A stretch of 56,162 nt of DNA, the filler included, from Sphacelaria rigidula (Eukaryota): the NCBI GenBank assembly GCA_964200075.2. It is 3 parts of 3 records of this genome, joined end to end, with 100 filler letters (N's around TTAATTAATTAA, not from the genome) between each part and the next. Parts side by side here need not be neighbours in the genome. Positions count along the whole stretch, not along the records: positions 18,759 to 37,412 come from CAXNAA020000818.1; 2 more parts are not named here. One strand, 5' to 3'. A program made the translations under genes and the position numbers. The notes below the pieces were generated by a model. That model made no database searches. It had not been told where the DNA came from and saw only the letters and a list, made by a program, of their open reading frames with translations. Below are positions 23,554-36,944 of this stretch, in pieces. The stretch's first letter is position 1. The number at the start of each line of letters is the position of its first letter.

Positions 23554-26259
23554 ACGGATCCATGGTCAGCGGGGGACAGTAAAGGTCCTGCGCCCACACG
23601 GGCTGTTTTCCCAGGGGATGGAACGTAAGGGGGTGCTAGTAGTTCGGATAGCATAGTGCCCGCCCCAGCCTTCCGCTCCGGCTCCTGCACCTCAATCCCT
23701 GGGAGCCGAAAAACATGTGTCCGTCCGAGGGGACAGGCACGACAGTGCACACACCGAACGTGCAGTCGGTGTTGCGCGTCTGAAAAAATGATACAGGGAG
23801 AAGCACGTGTCTGCCCGAGGGGACAGGCACGACGGAGCACCCGTTGAACGTGCAGTCGGTGATGCACGTCTCAAGCAACGATACAGGGCAGCTGTTTCCA
23901 CTGTGCAGAGCGGGTGGGAGACACAGCACGTGCCCTTTAAAGCGGGTAGACATGTAAGCGCGCCCGCCGACAGTACCATAGTGAGCACTGATTGGATGCT
24001 GCTGGTTTTGCTGTTGAAGAGGGCGAACATGCCACGCAGCTCGAGCGGACTGCAGGCAGCTCAGCTGCGGCTGGTGCCGTTCAGAAGCGCGCTGGGTAGG
24101 AGGTGGTGGCTGAAACGGGTATATTTGATGTAGTCGCTGCTGCCGCTGAAGTTGGGAGGCCAATTTGCTCCGATGAGCTAGCGCTGAGAGGCAAAAGGCC
24201 TTGGTTGCTTGTTGCCGCCGGACCAGCGCCTGATTGGGGAAACACCTTGCATGCTTACCGCTGCAAGGGGGTGTTATGTTCGCGATAAGCGCGAGCAAAT
24301 CAAGCTTGGGCCTTGCGATGCTCAAGGCGAGTCTATCTGCTCCAGTGATCTGGCGGGAGATTGTTCAGATGACTCGCAGGGGTGTCTGCTTGCAGGAAAA
24401 GTGGATGCCGGGTTGGCGGATGTGGATGCGCTGGATTGCGTCGTGTTGCGGTGGTCGTCCGCATTGCTGTTAAAATGGACAGTTTTGGCGTGTTTGGCAG
24501 CGATAGCGGAGGCTTCTCCACCATTGCGTCGCTAAGTGTTTGAGAAGGGTAGTGTGACCTCAAGAAATGTTGCTGTTCGGGACTGTGTAGTTGTTCCCAT
24601 TCCGCCTGTCATTCCCTCTGGAAAACTGAATAGAGTACAGGTGCCCAGCACTGCTCAAGTATCTGCGGAGGCAGATGGCTTGTCGCATTGGTTCGGCGGT
24701 TCAGATATACTGTTAAGTGGCGAGCTGAGCGGCTCCACGAGGGTGCGAGCTGTAGCTGGACTCATGGCGCGAGGAGTGAGAGTTCGAGTGGAAAAACTGC
24801 TTTATGCTGTGCACAGGGCCGTGGCTCGAGTGCCGCTGTTTCTCACAAGCGGGCTGGAGGACTGACTACAAGGAAGCCGCCATTACCTGAGGTGCTTGCT
24901 GTTGTGGTGAGCGCGCCAACTCGACTGCTGATGTTGAGGAGCAAGTGCTGAGGTGACCGAGTGCTTGTGAGAATGAGGAAATACATTATGACTGGTATTC
25001 GCAAATCGTTTTGAGAATGATTGCAGCATATCATTGTGTGGTTTCTGGTCATGGTTGCGCATGAAGCATGCTTGTGGAGCGAGCATGATCGTATCGCGTG
25101 TGCAGGGTGAAATTCTGGCGTACACATGCATATTTAGGATGTGTTTGTTGTGCTGATCTGGTTAGCACGGACGATGCCTGGTGTTTGCTGCGAGGAAGGT
25201 CGCATTGAATGTGCTTGGTGAAATGCTGGCATGCATGTGCGGAATGTTCGCTACAGCATGTTACTAGTGCCCATGGTATCTGACGAAGAGTCAGGCTGAG
25301 GTAGTTTTCAATATACTGCGGTATACTCGATGAGGCGAACCTCGTATATTCCTGCTCACACAGACACGCGGCAGAGTTCCCTTTGTGCGGTTTGTGGGTA
25401 CTGCCTGTAGGAGATGGTGACAGTAACTGCAAAATGCGTGGGCTCGTACGTGCGCAAGGAAAATGCTGGTGTTTCTTGTGGCTGGAGATGAGTGATCTAC
25501 GGCTATGGAACGTCGTTTGAGGGAATTTTACATTTTCTTTTGGAAGGATCATGTGGAAGGAGTGTCCGTTTGTCTAACGAAGTGATGCAGATGAGCTGCA
25601 AGTCTGTTGGGATATGAACTGCATTTCATATCGCGGTTAATCGACCGATGGGATATGATGGTCCTGAGTCCCAGTTGGGATATTATACCTGGGTGCTCTC
25701 TGGGATGTACTCGGTAAAAACAGGTTTGAGAACGATATCACGACGGGTGATCAATGATGGCGGAGGTCGAGGTCTGTTTGCCGTTGTTGGATTGGCGTAC
25801 ATGGCTTGAAAAGCGGTTTGAGTCATGGCTTTCTTCTCAGTATGCTCATGCGTGGATTGGCGCAATGATGCTGTGAAGCTGTCACGAAGAACAGGTGTGC
25901 GAGGCATACGTTTCCACGAAGTTGAGCAAGCAAGAGAACAGCTGCGTTCTCGACGTGTTGGATACTTATTTGATTCTAGTTTCAGGTATATTGCTTGGCT
26001 GTTGCAGTCCGTGACGCAGGTGTTGAACCCACGAAAGAGCATTCTGTATGTTGAACGGTATCGAATGCGAGGGAAACATTGACACGATGGCTTTGAAATT
26101 TGAAGTTCGTTGACGTTTGAGAATTTTCTGCCGGTTTGGAGTCAGGAGAGTTGTTTGAGGCATGATTGAGGTGCTATTACTGTGTGAACAAAGTGTAGCG
26201 ATTCACCATCGATATCATATGTCGGACTATGCATGCCGAAGGTTACGACATCTGCCGTG

Positions 26260-26541
26260 TGTTGAATCCGGGCAACATCGTTACCTTGATTAGGTACATG
26301 ACTGTAGTCGAGAAAATGCACAGCAGACGTTTTAAGGCTGGTTGATGGATAACGGGTCTGAGAGAGTGATCGGTGGACTCCGTGGTATATGATGTTTGCA
26401 CACGAGGTGTGCCGGTCACTTCTAGTGTTGACGAAGACTGCTGTATCTATAATCTAACTGCTTGACTTTTGGAGTCTCTGGAGCCCGTGACAGGGAGGAA
26501 GCCTCTGGAGCAGCACTGTGGTCTTGTTCTGCTTTCAGACG
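26260..26541 (+). repeat. LTR family B, copy 2
   Basis: Direct, diverged repeat of 22263-22539. Confidence 0.8.
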
Positions 26542-28029
26542 AGTCTACAATAGAGGTTTCTTCAGTAAAGTTGTCGCTTCTGGATTGGGGTTTTGAACTC
26601 GCACCCCATAGTCACATTGATAAACAGGGGGAGAGGAAGCGGCAGAGAGAGAGGCGCTGGTCATGTAATCCGAGGCGACTGAAGCACAGAAGCCTATTGA
26701 AAGGATGGCAGCGCGCAGGATGATGGCAGGAAAAGAGCCGAGACGGTTCTGAGGTGGTGCTAAAGCGCGCTTTGGTATCGCTTGATCACCAGCTGGGTTG
26801 CCCGGAGAGCCTGCCAAACAAACGCGGCGCAATTACTGCTCGAGACGGGAGAACTAACAGTTCGAGGGCTGGTTCGAGGTTGGCCAGCCGCGTTCAAGAA
26901 GAGGAGTCTCAGGGCTTCCAACACGTGGTGACACCTGCCTGAGGAAGAAGTGTTGTGACCATTGTCTTTCGGTGGCCAAGCGCGTCTTGGTGTATGGAAA
27001 GTTGTTGTTTCTGTGATCGAGAAACAAACGCCGATTTTTCTGAAACCGCTGTTGAGCTGTTGAGGTGCTGCTTTGTGATTGTCCACTATGTACACATGTC
27101 ATGGTGGCTCGGCGCTTGGTGAACAGCGTGGAGGTAGCGGCAAAGCCTTTTCGACTGTTCGAAATGATGAGGCGCAGGAATATATCATCGTCGATGGTCG
27201 AGTTGTTCCTGTACTGGCGCTGGAGGTGCCGTACTACGGCCGCAGTTTTTTTCGATCAAGAAATCAGCCGAGTTTTTACGGAAACACGAGAAATATGTGC
27301 GAGATGTAGATCAGGTCAACGGGCGGGGGACGAACCTTTTTGAGATGGCAGCAGCTTCTGACCTCATGCCCAAACATATTGCGATATGTCTGTGTGACAC
27401 ATTCTGGAAGCATGCTTATGATGTTGCGCACGAGCAGTTGCTTTTCGCGTTGCGCAAGCATGCGTCGTATGGTGAGGTACACGGCACTGTGAAGGCCGAG
27501 AAGCATGACTTGTCAGAGAGGACAGGCACAACAGTGCGCTTGCCGAACGTGCACTAGGTGGTGCGGTGTGAAACGACGATTCAGGGAAGCTGCCTGCACT
27601 GTGGGCTGCCGGCGGGACCGGCTCAGGATTAGGATTGGACGTCCCAGACAGTGCCGGTATGGCGTGGTCCGCACACCGCTGAGGTTGCAGATTTACAGGC
27701 TGAGGGTGTGGTAGTTGACCGCAAGCAGCGATGCTGCCGGTCAGACTTGCCCGCTCCTGGCTCCGCAGCCAAGAACGTTTGCCCTCTTACTGACTGCTGC
27801 CGAGATAGCCCCCCCACGAACCGGGCAAAAACGTGGACACAGGTGATAATCATAAATGCCGTTGAAGCTGGTTTCGTGCTGCACGACGCGACTCATTTGG
27901 GCGTTAGAGCTGATTTCGGACTGCTACACCCCTCTCATGTGAGCGAAATTGCTGCAAACGAGCCCACTAGTGGGATCGCAGCCGGTTTGTCGGACAGTCT
28001 CCGATGCGCTTTTTGTGGGGGGGCTATCT

Positions 28030-31000
28030 CGGCATCAGTCTACTGCCGTTTTGGATTCGGGGGCTGGCATCACTATCATGTCTGAAAAAGTGGCGACCCA
28101 GTTGCAAGCAGTGTTCCCTGATGTGCCAGTTGTCACGAGCATGGCTCGTGCACACCCGGTGAAACTAGCTGATGGTAATGTACGGGGTATGAAGTCAAAG
28201 ACGTGCCTAGTGCGCACCGATCTGTACACCTGCTGGGGGCCGGTGTTGTTGGACCCGTGTCACTATGCGGTCATGCCAGGTGCCGATGATGTGGTGATCA
28301 TCGGGAGCGGTATGCTTGAGGCTATGGGCATTGACGTGTACAGTGGGCTGGATGCATGCGCACGCTCAAGACACGTGTTGGTGAGAGGTGTAGATACGCC
28401 TCAATTCCGAGAATATAGGCGTGTGAGCATTGCGATTGAGGCGTTCCAGGATCCAGGTGGACAAGAGGAGCCTGTGGATCCCTCCTTTCGAGCGATCGAT
28501 GTCGCGAGGTCCCGAGATGAACATGACTCCAGAGGAAGAGCTGGCAGAGTGCGGTGTTGCATTGGATCATGCGGTACAGGCGGCCGCGGACAAGGGGATG
28601 TCGGCGAGCGGCGTTGGTAAGCTTCGGGAGGTTGTTGGGCGCCGTGTGAACGCTTTTGGGCGAGCGCTGCGCGGTGATTCGCCTGCTTCTGTGTGTCGAG
28701 CCATCGAGGGTGAGATTCAAACCTGGGGCTAGAGCAGTCGAGGCGAGCCCGCGGGTGTATTCTTCTGTAAAGGCGGCGTGGTTGGCAGGGTGTATGGTGA
28801 CGCTGGTGGCGCTTGGGCTCGTATTTCGCAGCTCACAGGCAGTGTGGGCGAGTGCGGCTATGGCGACGACGAAGAAGGGCGGTAATCGACTGGTGAGAAG
28901 AAGGGCGGTAATCGACTGGTGAGTGATTATCGCGCTGTAAACAAACAGATTGAGAAGGTTCCGAATGTTATGCCTAACCACGAGGCGGAGATGATCGATC
29001 TGCTAGGCGCTGCGTGTTTTGGCAAGATTGATATGCTGCAGGGTCACTGACAGATACCGTTGGCGGCTGATGCACAAGAAATGTTCACGATCGCGGCTTC
29101 CAAAGGTTTGTTTACCACCACACGGGTGCCGCAAGGGGTGTTGAATGCGACAGGGTATTTTCATAGCATCATGACAAGACTATTGACCGGACTTCAGTGC
29201 AAAGTATGGGTGGATGATATCTTGTGGTGGGGTAAAGATGAGGATGAATTGTGGTCTACACTGGACGGGATTATGGGTCGTTTGGAGGGCGCTGGTCTTT
29301 TTGCGGCTGCGCACAAGTGCGTGTTCTACGACACACAGATCACGACGTGCGGGAAGGTCTTTTCAGGTGGTCAAGTGGCTCATGATCGCGAGAGACTGAG
29401 CGGGCTGGCCAATCCTAGGCGCCCGCGCACAGCAGGCGAGTTTATGCAGTTCCTGCAGGCGGTAAACTGGCTGAGAACGTCCTTGCCGCGTCTGGCGGAG
29501 GTGGTGAAGCCGCTGCTGGTATTACTGGAGAAGCACATGCAGGGGAATGTGCGCCATACCAAGCGAGTGGCGTCAAACCGGCAATCGAGGAGTCGGCATG
29601 GACGTCCAGGCGTGCTCAAGCGTGGCAAGAGGCACAAACTTTGGTGGCGCATGCTGTCGCTTTGTCATATCCCAAGTAGGGGTATGAGGTGCTCATGTTT
29701 CCAGGCGCATCGGATCTACACTGGGGAAGTTTTCTTACGCAGGTGCCGGAGGATGAGCTGGGTGGTACATTGGCGGTGGAAGAAAGATATGAGCCATGAG
29801 CCGATGGGGTTTTTCAGCGGAACTTTTCGTAGAGCTTAGGTTCGTTGGGCTACGGTGGACAAGGAAGGCTATGCGATCGTCAGTACTTTCTGTAGGTTGG
29901 AGTATCTTCTATGTGATGGGGTACATATAATTACCGATCATCGTAACCTAGAATATATTTCTAACCGCGAGGCGTGCATTGCATCCGTGTTTAAGACTGC
30001 TGCCCAGAGGCTTGAGCAATGGAAGGCTGTGCTCGCGCAGTACGATTACTCCATCAGGCACATTGCTGGTGAGCGCAACTGTTGGGGAGATTCATTGTCA
30101 AGGTGGGTAAACGCTCCGGCGGTGTCTGTGCGTGCTGCGGCCGTGTTTGCGAGCGGTCAGCCTGATGAAATACTGCCGTCGAAGAACGCTATTCGTGAGG
30201 CCCAAGAGCAGGCTCAAGCCGGGTTCGGAGTGATGGTTACTACTTCCGCAGCAGCTGTTGGGCGAGTTTCGAAAGACGGTGAGGGTTTTTTTCGCGTGAA
30301 TTTACCAGGGCGAAAGGTGTTGTGGATTCCGCCGCAAGCAAAAGAGCTGCAAACACGCTTGATGATGTTTGCTCACATGAAGGAGGCGAGCTATCGGGTG
30401 TTGTGGCGACACTACAGCGGCTGCAAGAGTGTTGCTGTTGGTTTCAGATGAAAGCTCATGTGACGGGTTTTGTGAGGAAATGCTTGCATTGTGTGGACTC
30501 GAAAGCGGGTGAGACGGTCCCGCGGCCACTAGGGTAGACAGTGCATGGCACACGGCCCGGTGAGGTGATACATTTTGATTATCTCTACGTTGGTGGAAGT
30601 GGTCCGCTGGGCGAGAGCGGCCTGGATGAAGGCGACGGTTACAAGTACATATTTGTAATGATGGATGATCTGTGCAATTTCGTGTTGGAGCCTACCGAGT
30701 CTTGTACAGCTGCGGCGACGGTGCAGCATCTCCTGGCGTGGTGCAAGGCGTTGGGTTCGCCGGAGGTCTGGGTTAGTGACACCGCGTCGCATTTCAAGAA
30801 CCATGTGATGCGAGCACTGGAGAAGGCGCTGATGCTGGACAGGAGGCTAGCGGTTCCCAACTCGCCGTGGTCAGATGGTACGTGTGAAAGGATGATGCGA
30901 GAGGTTGTCCGTACTTTGAAGGCTATGCTGCAAGAAGAGAGGCGCGACGTTCGTGACTGGGTGGGACTGGTGCCTGCCGTACAGTGGGCATTGAACACGG

Positions 31001-31214
31001 CGTTCCGCGAGCGCTACGCTAGTACGCCATACCATGTGATGGTTGGACGGGCGCCGCGCACAAGCTTTTCAACCCTGGCATCGTCGACCGGCGACGACTG
31101 GCGACTTGATATGCTGGATGAGGACATGCTGCGGGAGAAGGTGGCATCAGTCGTGGAGGCGCAGCAAGCGTTGCACAAGGAGATGGCGCAGCGTGTTGAG
31201 AAGACTCGTGAACT
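28030..31214 (+). pseudogene. pol: Ty3/Gypsy pol (protease-RT-RNase H-integrase), decayed
   Basis: Protease AVLDSGAGITIMS; RT FGKIDMLQG*, VPQGVLNATGYF, KVWVDDIL; RNase H DKEGYAIV, ITDHRNL, HIAGERNCWGDSLSR; integrase CLHC, HFDYL, VSDTASHF, GTCERMMREV. The order PR-RT-RH-IN is diagnostic of Gypsy. Multiple stops and frameshifts. Confidence 0.93.
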
Positions 31215-32497
31215 GCATTCTTTTTCAAAGCGATTCGCAAATACAAGTCAAAATGTGTTTCCTCATTCTCAACAAGCACTCGATCACCTCAGCACTTGCT
31301 CCTCGACATCAGCAGTCAAGTTGGCGCTTACCACAACAGCAAGCATCTCAGTTAATACCTCCTTAGTAGTCCTACGCCCGCTCGTGAGAAACAGCAACAC
31401 TCGAACCACGACCCCATGCACACCATGGAACAACGTTTCTCGCGTCATGAGTCCAGCTACAGCTCGCACACTCGTGGAGCCGCTCAGCTCGCCATTCAAC
31501 GGCATATCCGCACCGCCGAACCGATGCGACAAGCCATCCGCCTCAACAAATACTCGGGCAATGCTAAAAACCTGTGCTTCCGTCAGTTTTACAGAGGAAA
31601 CGATAGACGAAACGGGAACAGCTACACAGTCCCGAACAGCAACACCTCCCGGTGGTGGTACACTGTTCTCCTCAAACACCCTGAGGCGCAACGGTGGAGA
31701 AACCTCCGCCGTCGCCGCCAAACACGCCAAAGCTGTTTCTGTAAACAGCAATGTGGGTGATCACCGCAACACCACGCAATCCAGGGAATCCACATCCGCG
31801 AACCCGGCATCCACTTTCCCTGCGAGCAGATTCCCCTGCAAATCATCTGAACAATCTCCCGCCGAATTACCGGAGCAGATAGAATCGCCTTGAGTACTGC
31901 AAGGCCCAAGCTCGATTCGCTTGCTGTCATCACGAACATATCACCCCCTTGCAGCCGTACGCATGCAAATTCTGTCCCCAAATACGCGCTGGTCCGGCGG
32001 CCTCAAGCAACCAGAGTCTTTGCCTCTCAGCGCTAGCTCATCGGAGCGAATTGGCTTCGCCCTTTGAATAACAGCAGCAGCGGTTGGATCAAACATACCC
32101 GTTTCAGCCACCACCTCCCGCCCAGCGCCCTCCTGAACGGCAACAGCGGCAGCTGAGTTGCCCGCAGTCCGCTCGAGCTGCGTGGTATGTTCGCCCTCTT
32201 CAACAGCAATATCAGCAACATCCACACTAGTGCTTCCTGTGGTACTGTCGGCGGGCGCGCTCTCATGCCTACCTGCTTTGACAGGCCCGTAGTGCGTCTC
32301 CTTCCCGCTCTGCACAATGGAAATAGCTGCCCTGTACCGTTGCTTGAGACGCGCACCACCGAATGCACCTTCAGCGGGTGCACTATCGTGCCTGTCCCCT
32401 CGGGCAGACACATGTTTCGCGCCTTTCACAGTGCAAGCAGCTGCCATGTATCTTTGTTTGAGACGCGCAGCACCTACGGCACGTTCGGCGGGTACAC
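31215..32497 (-). mobile_element. Inverted fragment of the non-autonomous element internal region, truncating the integrase
   Basis: Homologous to about 19895-20950 (same orientation) and about 23750-25030 (opposite orientation). Confidence 0.8.
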
Positions 32498-32850
32498 TGT
32501 CTGTAGACTCTGGCCAACATTGTTACCTAAGGTGAGGGACATTCTGTAGGTGGAGTTGCGGGTCTGATTTCCGCACTCTGTGATAGGTGACCTCCTGAAC
32601 GCGTAGAGCCGGTTTTGCTACTCTGGTGGAGAGAGGCTATGGTCCTGTTCTCCTGTACTATGCTGAGGGTCAACATTTGAGTAACTCAAGCTACTGAAGT
32701 CCATGTGCCCGTGATAGGAGGAGTTCACACTGCGATCTGATCTTGAGTGACAGAAGTCTAAAATCGACATCTGATCTTAAGTGACGAGTCTAGAATCGAC
32801 GTTCATTAAGTCCGCTGACTGGCGGTAGGTCCGCTGAAAAGCAGCTGACA
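32498..32850 (+). repeat. LTR family A, copy 2
   Basis: tgtctgtagac...gcagctgaca with an internal ~30-bp duplication. It is followed by the same leader as copy 1. Confidence 0.8.
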
Positions 32851-33502
32851 CCTCAAGATAGGGAAGGCTGTAGGCCTGATGAGTTTGCAGCAAACAAGAC
32901 CAGCTCAAGGCGTGGTAACGTCGCCAGGAGTTGGAGAAGTAGAGCCGAGGAGATTCTGAGACAGTGCTATCGCTGTTGCGTGAGGTGCGGGGGGTTGATT
33001 GACAGCTGGCGAGCCCGTGAGCGTTCCAGAAAAACGACACAATTACTGCCTGGTGGAGCCAGCGAGAGTTGCTTGTTTCACGCTTGGCCAGCTACGGTCA
33101 GGAAGAGGAGTGTAAGGACTTCGAACAAGTGGTGACACCTGCGTAAGAAAGAGACGCTGTGGCCATTGTCGTTTAGGGGACAAACGCGTCTTGGTGTATG
33201 GAAAAATTTTGTCTCTGTGATTAAGAAACAACGCTGATTTTTCTAGAACCGCTGTTGAGCTGTTGAGCTGTTGCTTTGTGATCGTCCACCATGTACACAT
33301 GTCGTGGTGGCTAGGCGCTTGATGAGCAGCGTGGAGGTAGCGGCAAAGCCTGTTCGACTATTCAAAATAATGAGGAGTAGCAATATGTCATCGTCGATGG
33401 TCGTGTTGTTCCTGTACTGGCGCTGGAGGTGCCGTACTAAGGCCTATAGAGCCCTCCTGTGAGGTTGCATCGCACTATGAAGCGCGCACTTGTCACACAG
33501 CG

Positions 33503-33930
33503 CGTGTCTATCAGAGGGGACAGGCATGAGAGCGCTCTCGCATGCACTGTGAAGGGCGAAAAGCATGTGTCTGTCAGAGGGGACAGGCACGACCGTGCGC
33601 TTGCCGGACGTGCAGTATGTGCTGCGTGTCTGAAACAACGATACAGGGCAGCTGCTTGCACTGTGACAGCCGAGAAACATGTGTCTGCCCGAGGGGATAG
33701 GCACGACAGTGCTCCCGCCGAACGTGCAGTAAGTAGGCACTGCGCGTCTCAAACAACGATTCAGGGCAGCTGCTTGCACTGTGAAAGCCGAGAAGCGTGT
33801 GTCTGCCCGAGGGGACAGGCACGATAGTGCACCCACTGAACGTGCAGTCGGTAGTGCGCGTCTTAAGCAACGATACAGGACAGCTGTTTCCACTATGCAG
33901 AGCGGGAAGGGTACACAGCACGTGTTTGTC
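33503..33930 (+). repeat. Tandem array of a 114-bp unit inside the LTR-element internal region
   Basis: Unit starts at 33566, 33680 and 33798. Further copies at about 23716-23960, 27480-27600, 32300-32490 (minus), 34665-34770 (minus), 35606-35975 and 37290-37357. Confidence 0.85.
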
Positions 33931-34398
33931 AAAGCGGTTAGGCTGAGAGTTCCACAGTAAGCATTGGTTTGGATGCTGCTGGCATTGCTGTTGGAGAGGG
34001 TAGACATGCCATGCAGCTCGAACGGAATACAGGCAGCTCCGCTGCAGCTTTTGCCGTTCAGGAGTGCGCTGGGCAGGAGGTGGTGGCTGAAACGGGTATA
34101 TTTGATCCAGCCGCTGCTGACGCTGCTGTTGAAAGGACAGAGCCAATTATCTTCAATCAGCTAGCGCTGAGAGGCAAAGGCCCTGGTTGCTTGTGCCCGC
34201 CGGACCAGCGCGTGATTGGGGACACACCTTGCATGCTCACCGCTGCAATGGGGTGTTATGTTGTTTGGAGCTGTTGTCAGAAGCAGCGGAAGAGATTGCT
34301 ATTCTTTGCGGGAAACGACGGTACTATCAGGCACCAATGATGTCTGAGTTTGTCAAGCTCTGATGTAACTACTTGTTGGTAGTAGAGAGCTTTGGGGG

Positions 34399-34660
34399 TG
34401 CTGTAGACTCTAGCCGTCATTGGTACTTTAGGTTGGGGACATTCAATAGGTGGAGTTGCGGGTCTGATTGCCGGACTCTGTGATGGGAGACCTTCATGAC
34501 GTGTAGGCTTGGTTTTGTTACTCTGGTGGAGAGAGGCTATGGTCCTGTTCTCCTCTACTATGCTGAGGGTTAATGTATGAATAACTAAAGCTGCTGAAGT
34601 CCATGTGCCCGTGATGGGAGGAGTGCGCATGACGATCTGATCGTAGGAGACAGAAGTCTA
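34399..34660 (+). repeat. LTR family A, copy 3 (3'-truncated), preceded by a purine-rich tract
   Basis: Aligns to 32498-32760. The upstream agtagagagctttggggg could be a polypurine tract. Confidence 0.75.
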
Positions 34661-34771
34661 TACGTCGTGCCTGTCCCCTCGGGCGGACACACGCTTTTCA
34701 GCTTTCACAGTGCAAGCAGCTGTCCTGTATCGTTGTATCAGACGCGCACCACCTACTGCACGTTCAGTGGG

Positions 34772-35043
34772 TTATTTACTCCGACAACATTGTCACCTTA
34801 GTTAGGTACATGACTGCAGTCGAGAAAATGTATAGCAGGCATTTCAGGCTGGTTGATGGATAACGGTTCTGAGGGTATGGAGGACTCCGTGATGTATGAT
34901 GTTTGCACACGAGGTGCGCTGGTCACTTCTGGTTTTGACGAAGACTGTCGTTCGTAGAAATGCTTGAGCCTTGAAGTCTGTGGAGTCCGTGACAGGGAGG
35001 AGACCTCTGGAGCAGCACTTTGATCTTATCCTGCTTTCAGACA
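34772..35043 (+). repeat. LTR family B, copy 3
   Basis: Ends ctttcagaca and is followed by agtctaca, as in copy 2. Confidence 0.75.
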
Positions 35044-35605
35044 AGTCTACAGTAAACCTGAGCAATGCCACGGTAGGGATGCGCTTTTTGCGCGAAATCT
35101 TGTCTAGTTCAAGGGCTCCTAATGATTCTATATGCACAAGGACATGGACCAGGACATCCCCGTTTGCAAACTCAGTCGGAATATCCCCAGCACATTGGAA
35201 TAGTGACCCTGGCGTGCTCTCACATATTGTCATAAGTCGTGTTTTGGATGAGATCAAGGGCTCCTAACAATTTCAACCTCAGAATATATTTGTGCACCCC
35301 TACCGTAGTATCACTCACCTTTATTCAGGAAACTTGTCGTTTCGGGATCAGGGTTTTGAAATCGCACCCCATAGTCACGTTGAAAAACAGGGTGGGAGGA
35401 AGCAGCGGAGAGATAGGCGTTGGTCATATAACCCGAGGCGACTGAAGTCCAGAAGCCTATTAAAAGGATGGCAGCGCGCAGGACGATGGCAAGAGTAGAG
35501 CCGAGAAAGCTCTGAGGTAGTGCTAGGGTGCGCTTTGGTATCGGTTGATCACCAGCTGGGTTGTCCGGAGAGCCTGCCATGAAAACGCGGTGCAATTACC
35601 ACTCG

Positions 35606-35975
35606 TGTGTCTGTCAGAGAGGATAGGCACAGCCGTGCGCTTGCCGAACGTAAAGTAGGTGGTACGCGTCTGAAACAACGATGCAGCGCAGCTGCTTGCA
35701 CTGTGACAGCCGAGAAGCATGTGTCTGCCCAAGGAGATAGGGACAACAATGCATCCGCCGAACGTGCAGTAGGTGGTGCGCATCTTGAGCAACGATACAG
35801 TGCAGCTGATTGCACTGTGGAAGCCGAAAAGCATGTAAGGTGTCTGCCCGAGGGAACAGGCACGACGGTGCACCCGCTGAACGTGCAGTCGGTGGTGCGC
35901 GTTTCAAGCAACGATACAGGGCAGCTGTTTCCGCTGTGCAGAGCAGGAAGGAGACACAGCACGTGTCTGTCAAAG
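35606..35975 (+). repeat. 114-bp tandem repeat, three units
   Basis: Unit starts at 35606 and 35720 (114 nt apart) and about 35839. Confidence 0.85.
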
Positions 35976-36944
35976 CGGGTAGGCATGAGAGCGCGCCCGC
36001 CAACAGTACAACAGTAAGCACTGGTTTGGGTACTACTGGTATTGCTGTTGATGAGGGCGAACATGCCACGCAGCTCGAGCGGACTGCAGGCAGCTCCGCT
36101 GCCGCTGTTCCCGTTCAGGATGGCGCTGAGCCGGAGGTGGTAGCTGAACGGGTATATTTGATCCAACCGCTGCTGCCGCCGCTGTTGGATGCTCGAAGCC
36201 AATTCGCTCCGATGAGCTAGCGCTAAGAGGCAAAGAACCTGGTTGCTTGTTGCCGCTGGATCAGCGCGTGATTGGGGACAGACCTTGCATGCTTACCGCT
36301 GCAAGGGGGTGTTATCTTCTTGATGAGAGTGAGCAGAGCAAGCTCCGGGCTTGCGATGCTCAGGGAGAGTCTTTCTGCTCCGGTGATCCGGCGGGAGATT
36401 ATTCAGATGATTCTGGGAGGAGTAGACATGGCGATCTGGTGTTAGGTGACAGGGATCTATAACGAACACTCATTACGTCCGCTAACTGGCGGTAGATCCG
36501 CTGACACGCAGCTGACACTCCAAGATAGGGAAGTCTGCAGGCCTGATCAGTTTGCAGCAAACAAGACCAGCTCAAGGCGTGTTAACGTCGCGAAGAATTG
36601 GAGACGCAGAGCCGAGGAGGTTCTGAGGCAGTGCCAGAGCGGGCTGTGGTTTCGCTGGTGCAAGAGGTGCGGGAGGTTGACCGACAGCTGGCGAGACGGT
36701 GCGCGTTCCAGAAAAAGCGGCGCAATTACCGTACTGCCTGGTGGAGCCAGCGAGGGTTGCGTGTTCCACGCTTGGCTAAGTACGGCCAGGAAGAGGAGTC
36801 TAAGGAAATCAAACACGTGGTGAGACCTGCGTAAGGAAGAGGTGCTGTGTCCATTGTCGTTGTAAGGTGGTACAGCGCGTCTCGGTGTAACGAGAGAGTT
36901 GTTGTTCCTGTGAGCGGGAGGCGACTTCGTTTTTCCAAAAGGCG

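Noticed and set aside
30541..31893. 450-aa ORF as an integrase with a novel C-terminal domain
   Set aside because: After about 31214 the frame simply reads through an inverted fragment of another element, so the fusion is fortuitous.
33503..35975. 114-bp repeats as a CRISPR array
   Set aside because: The units are contiguous with no unique spacers, there are no cas genes, and the context is eukaryotic retroelement DNA.
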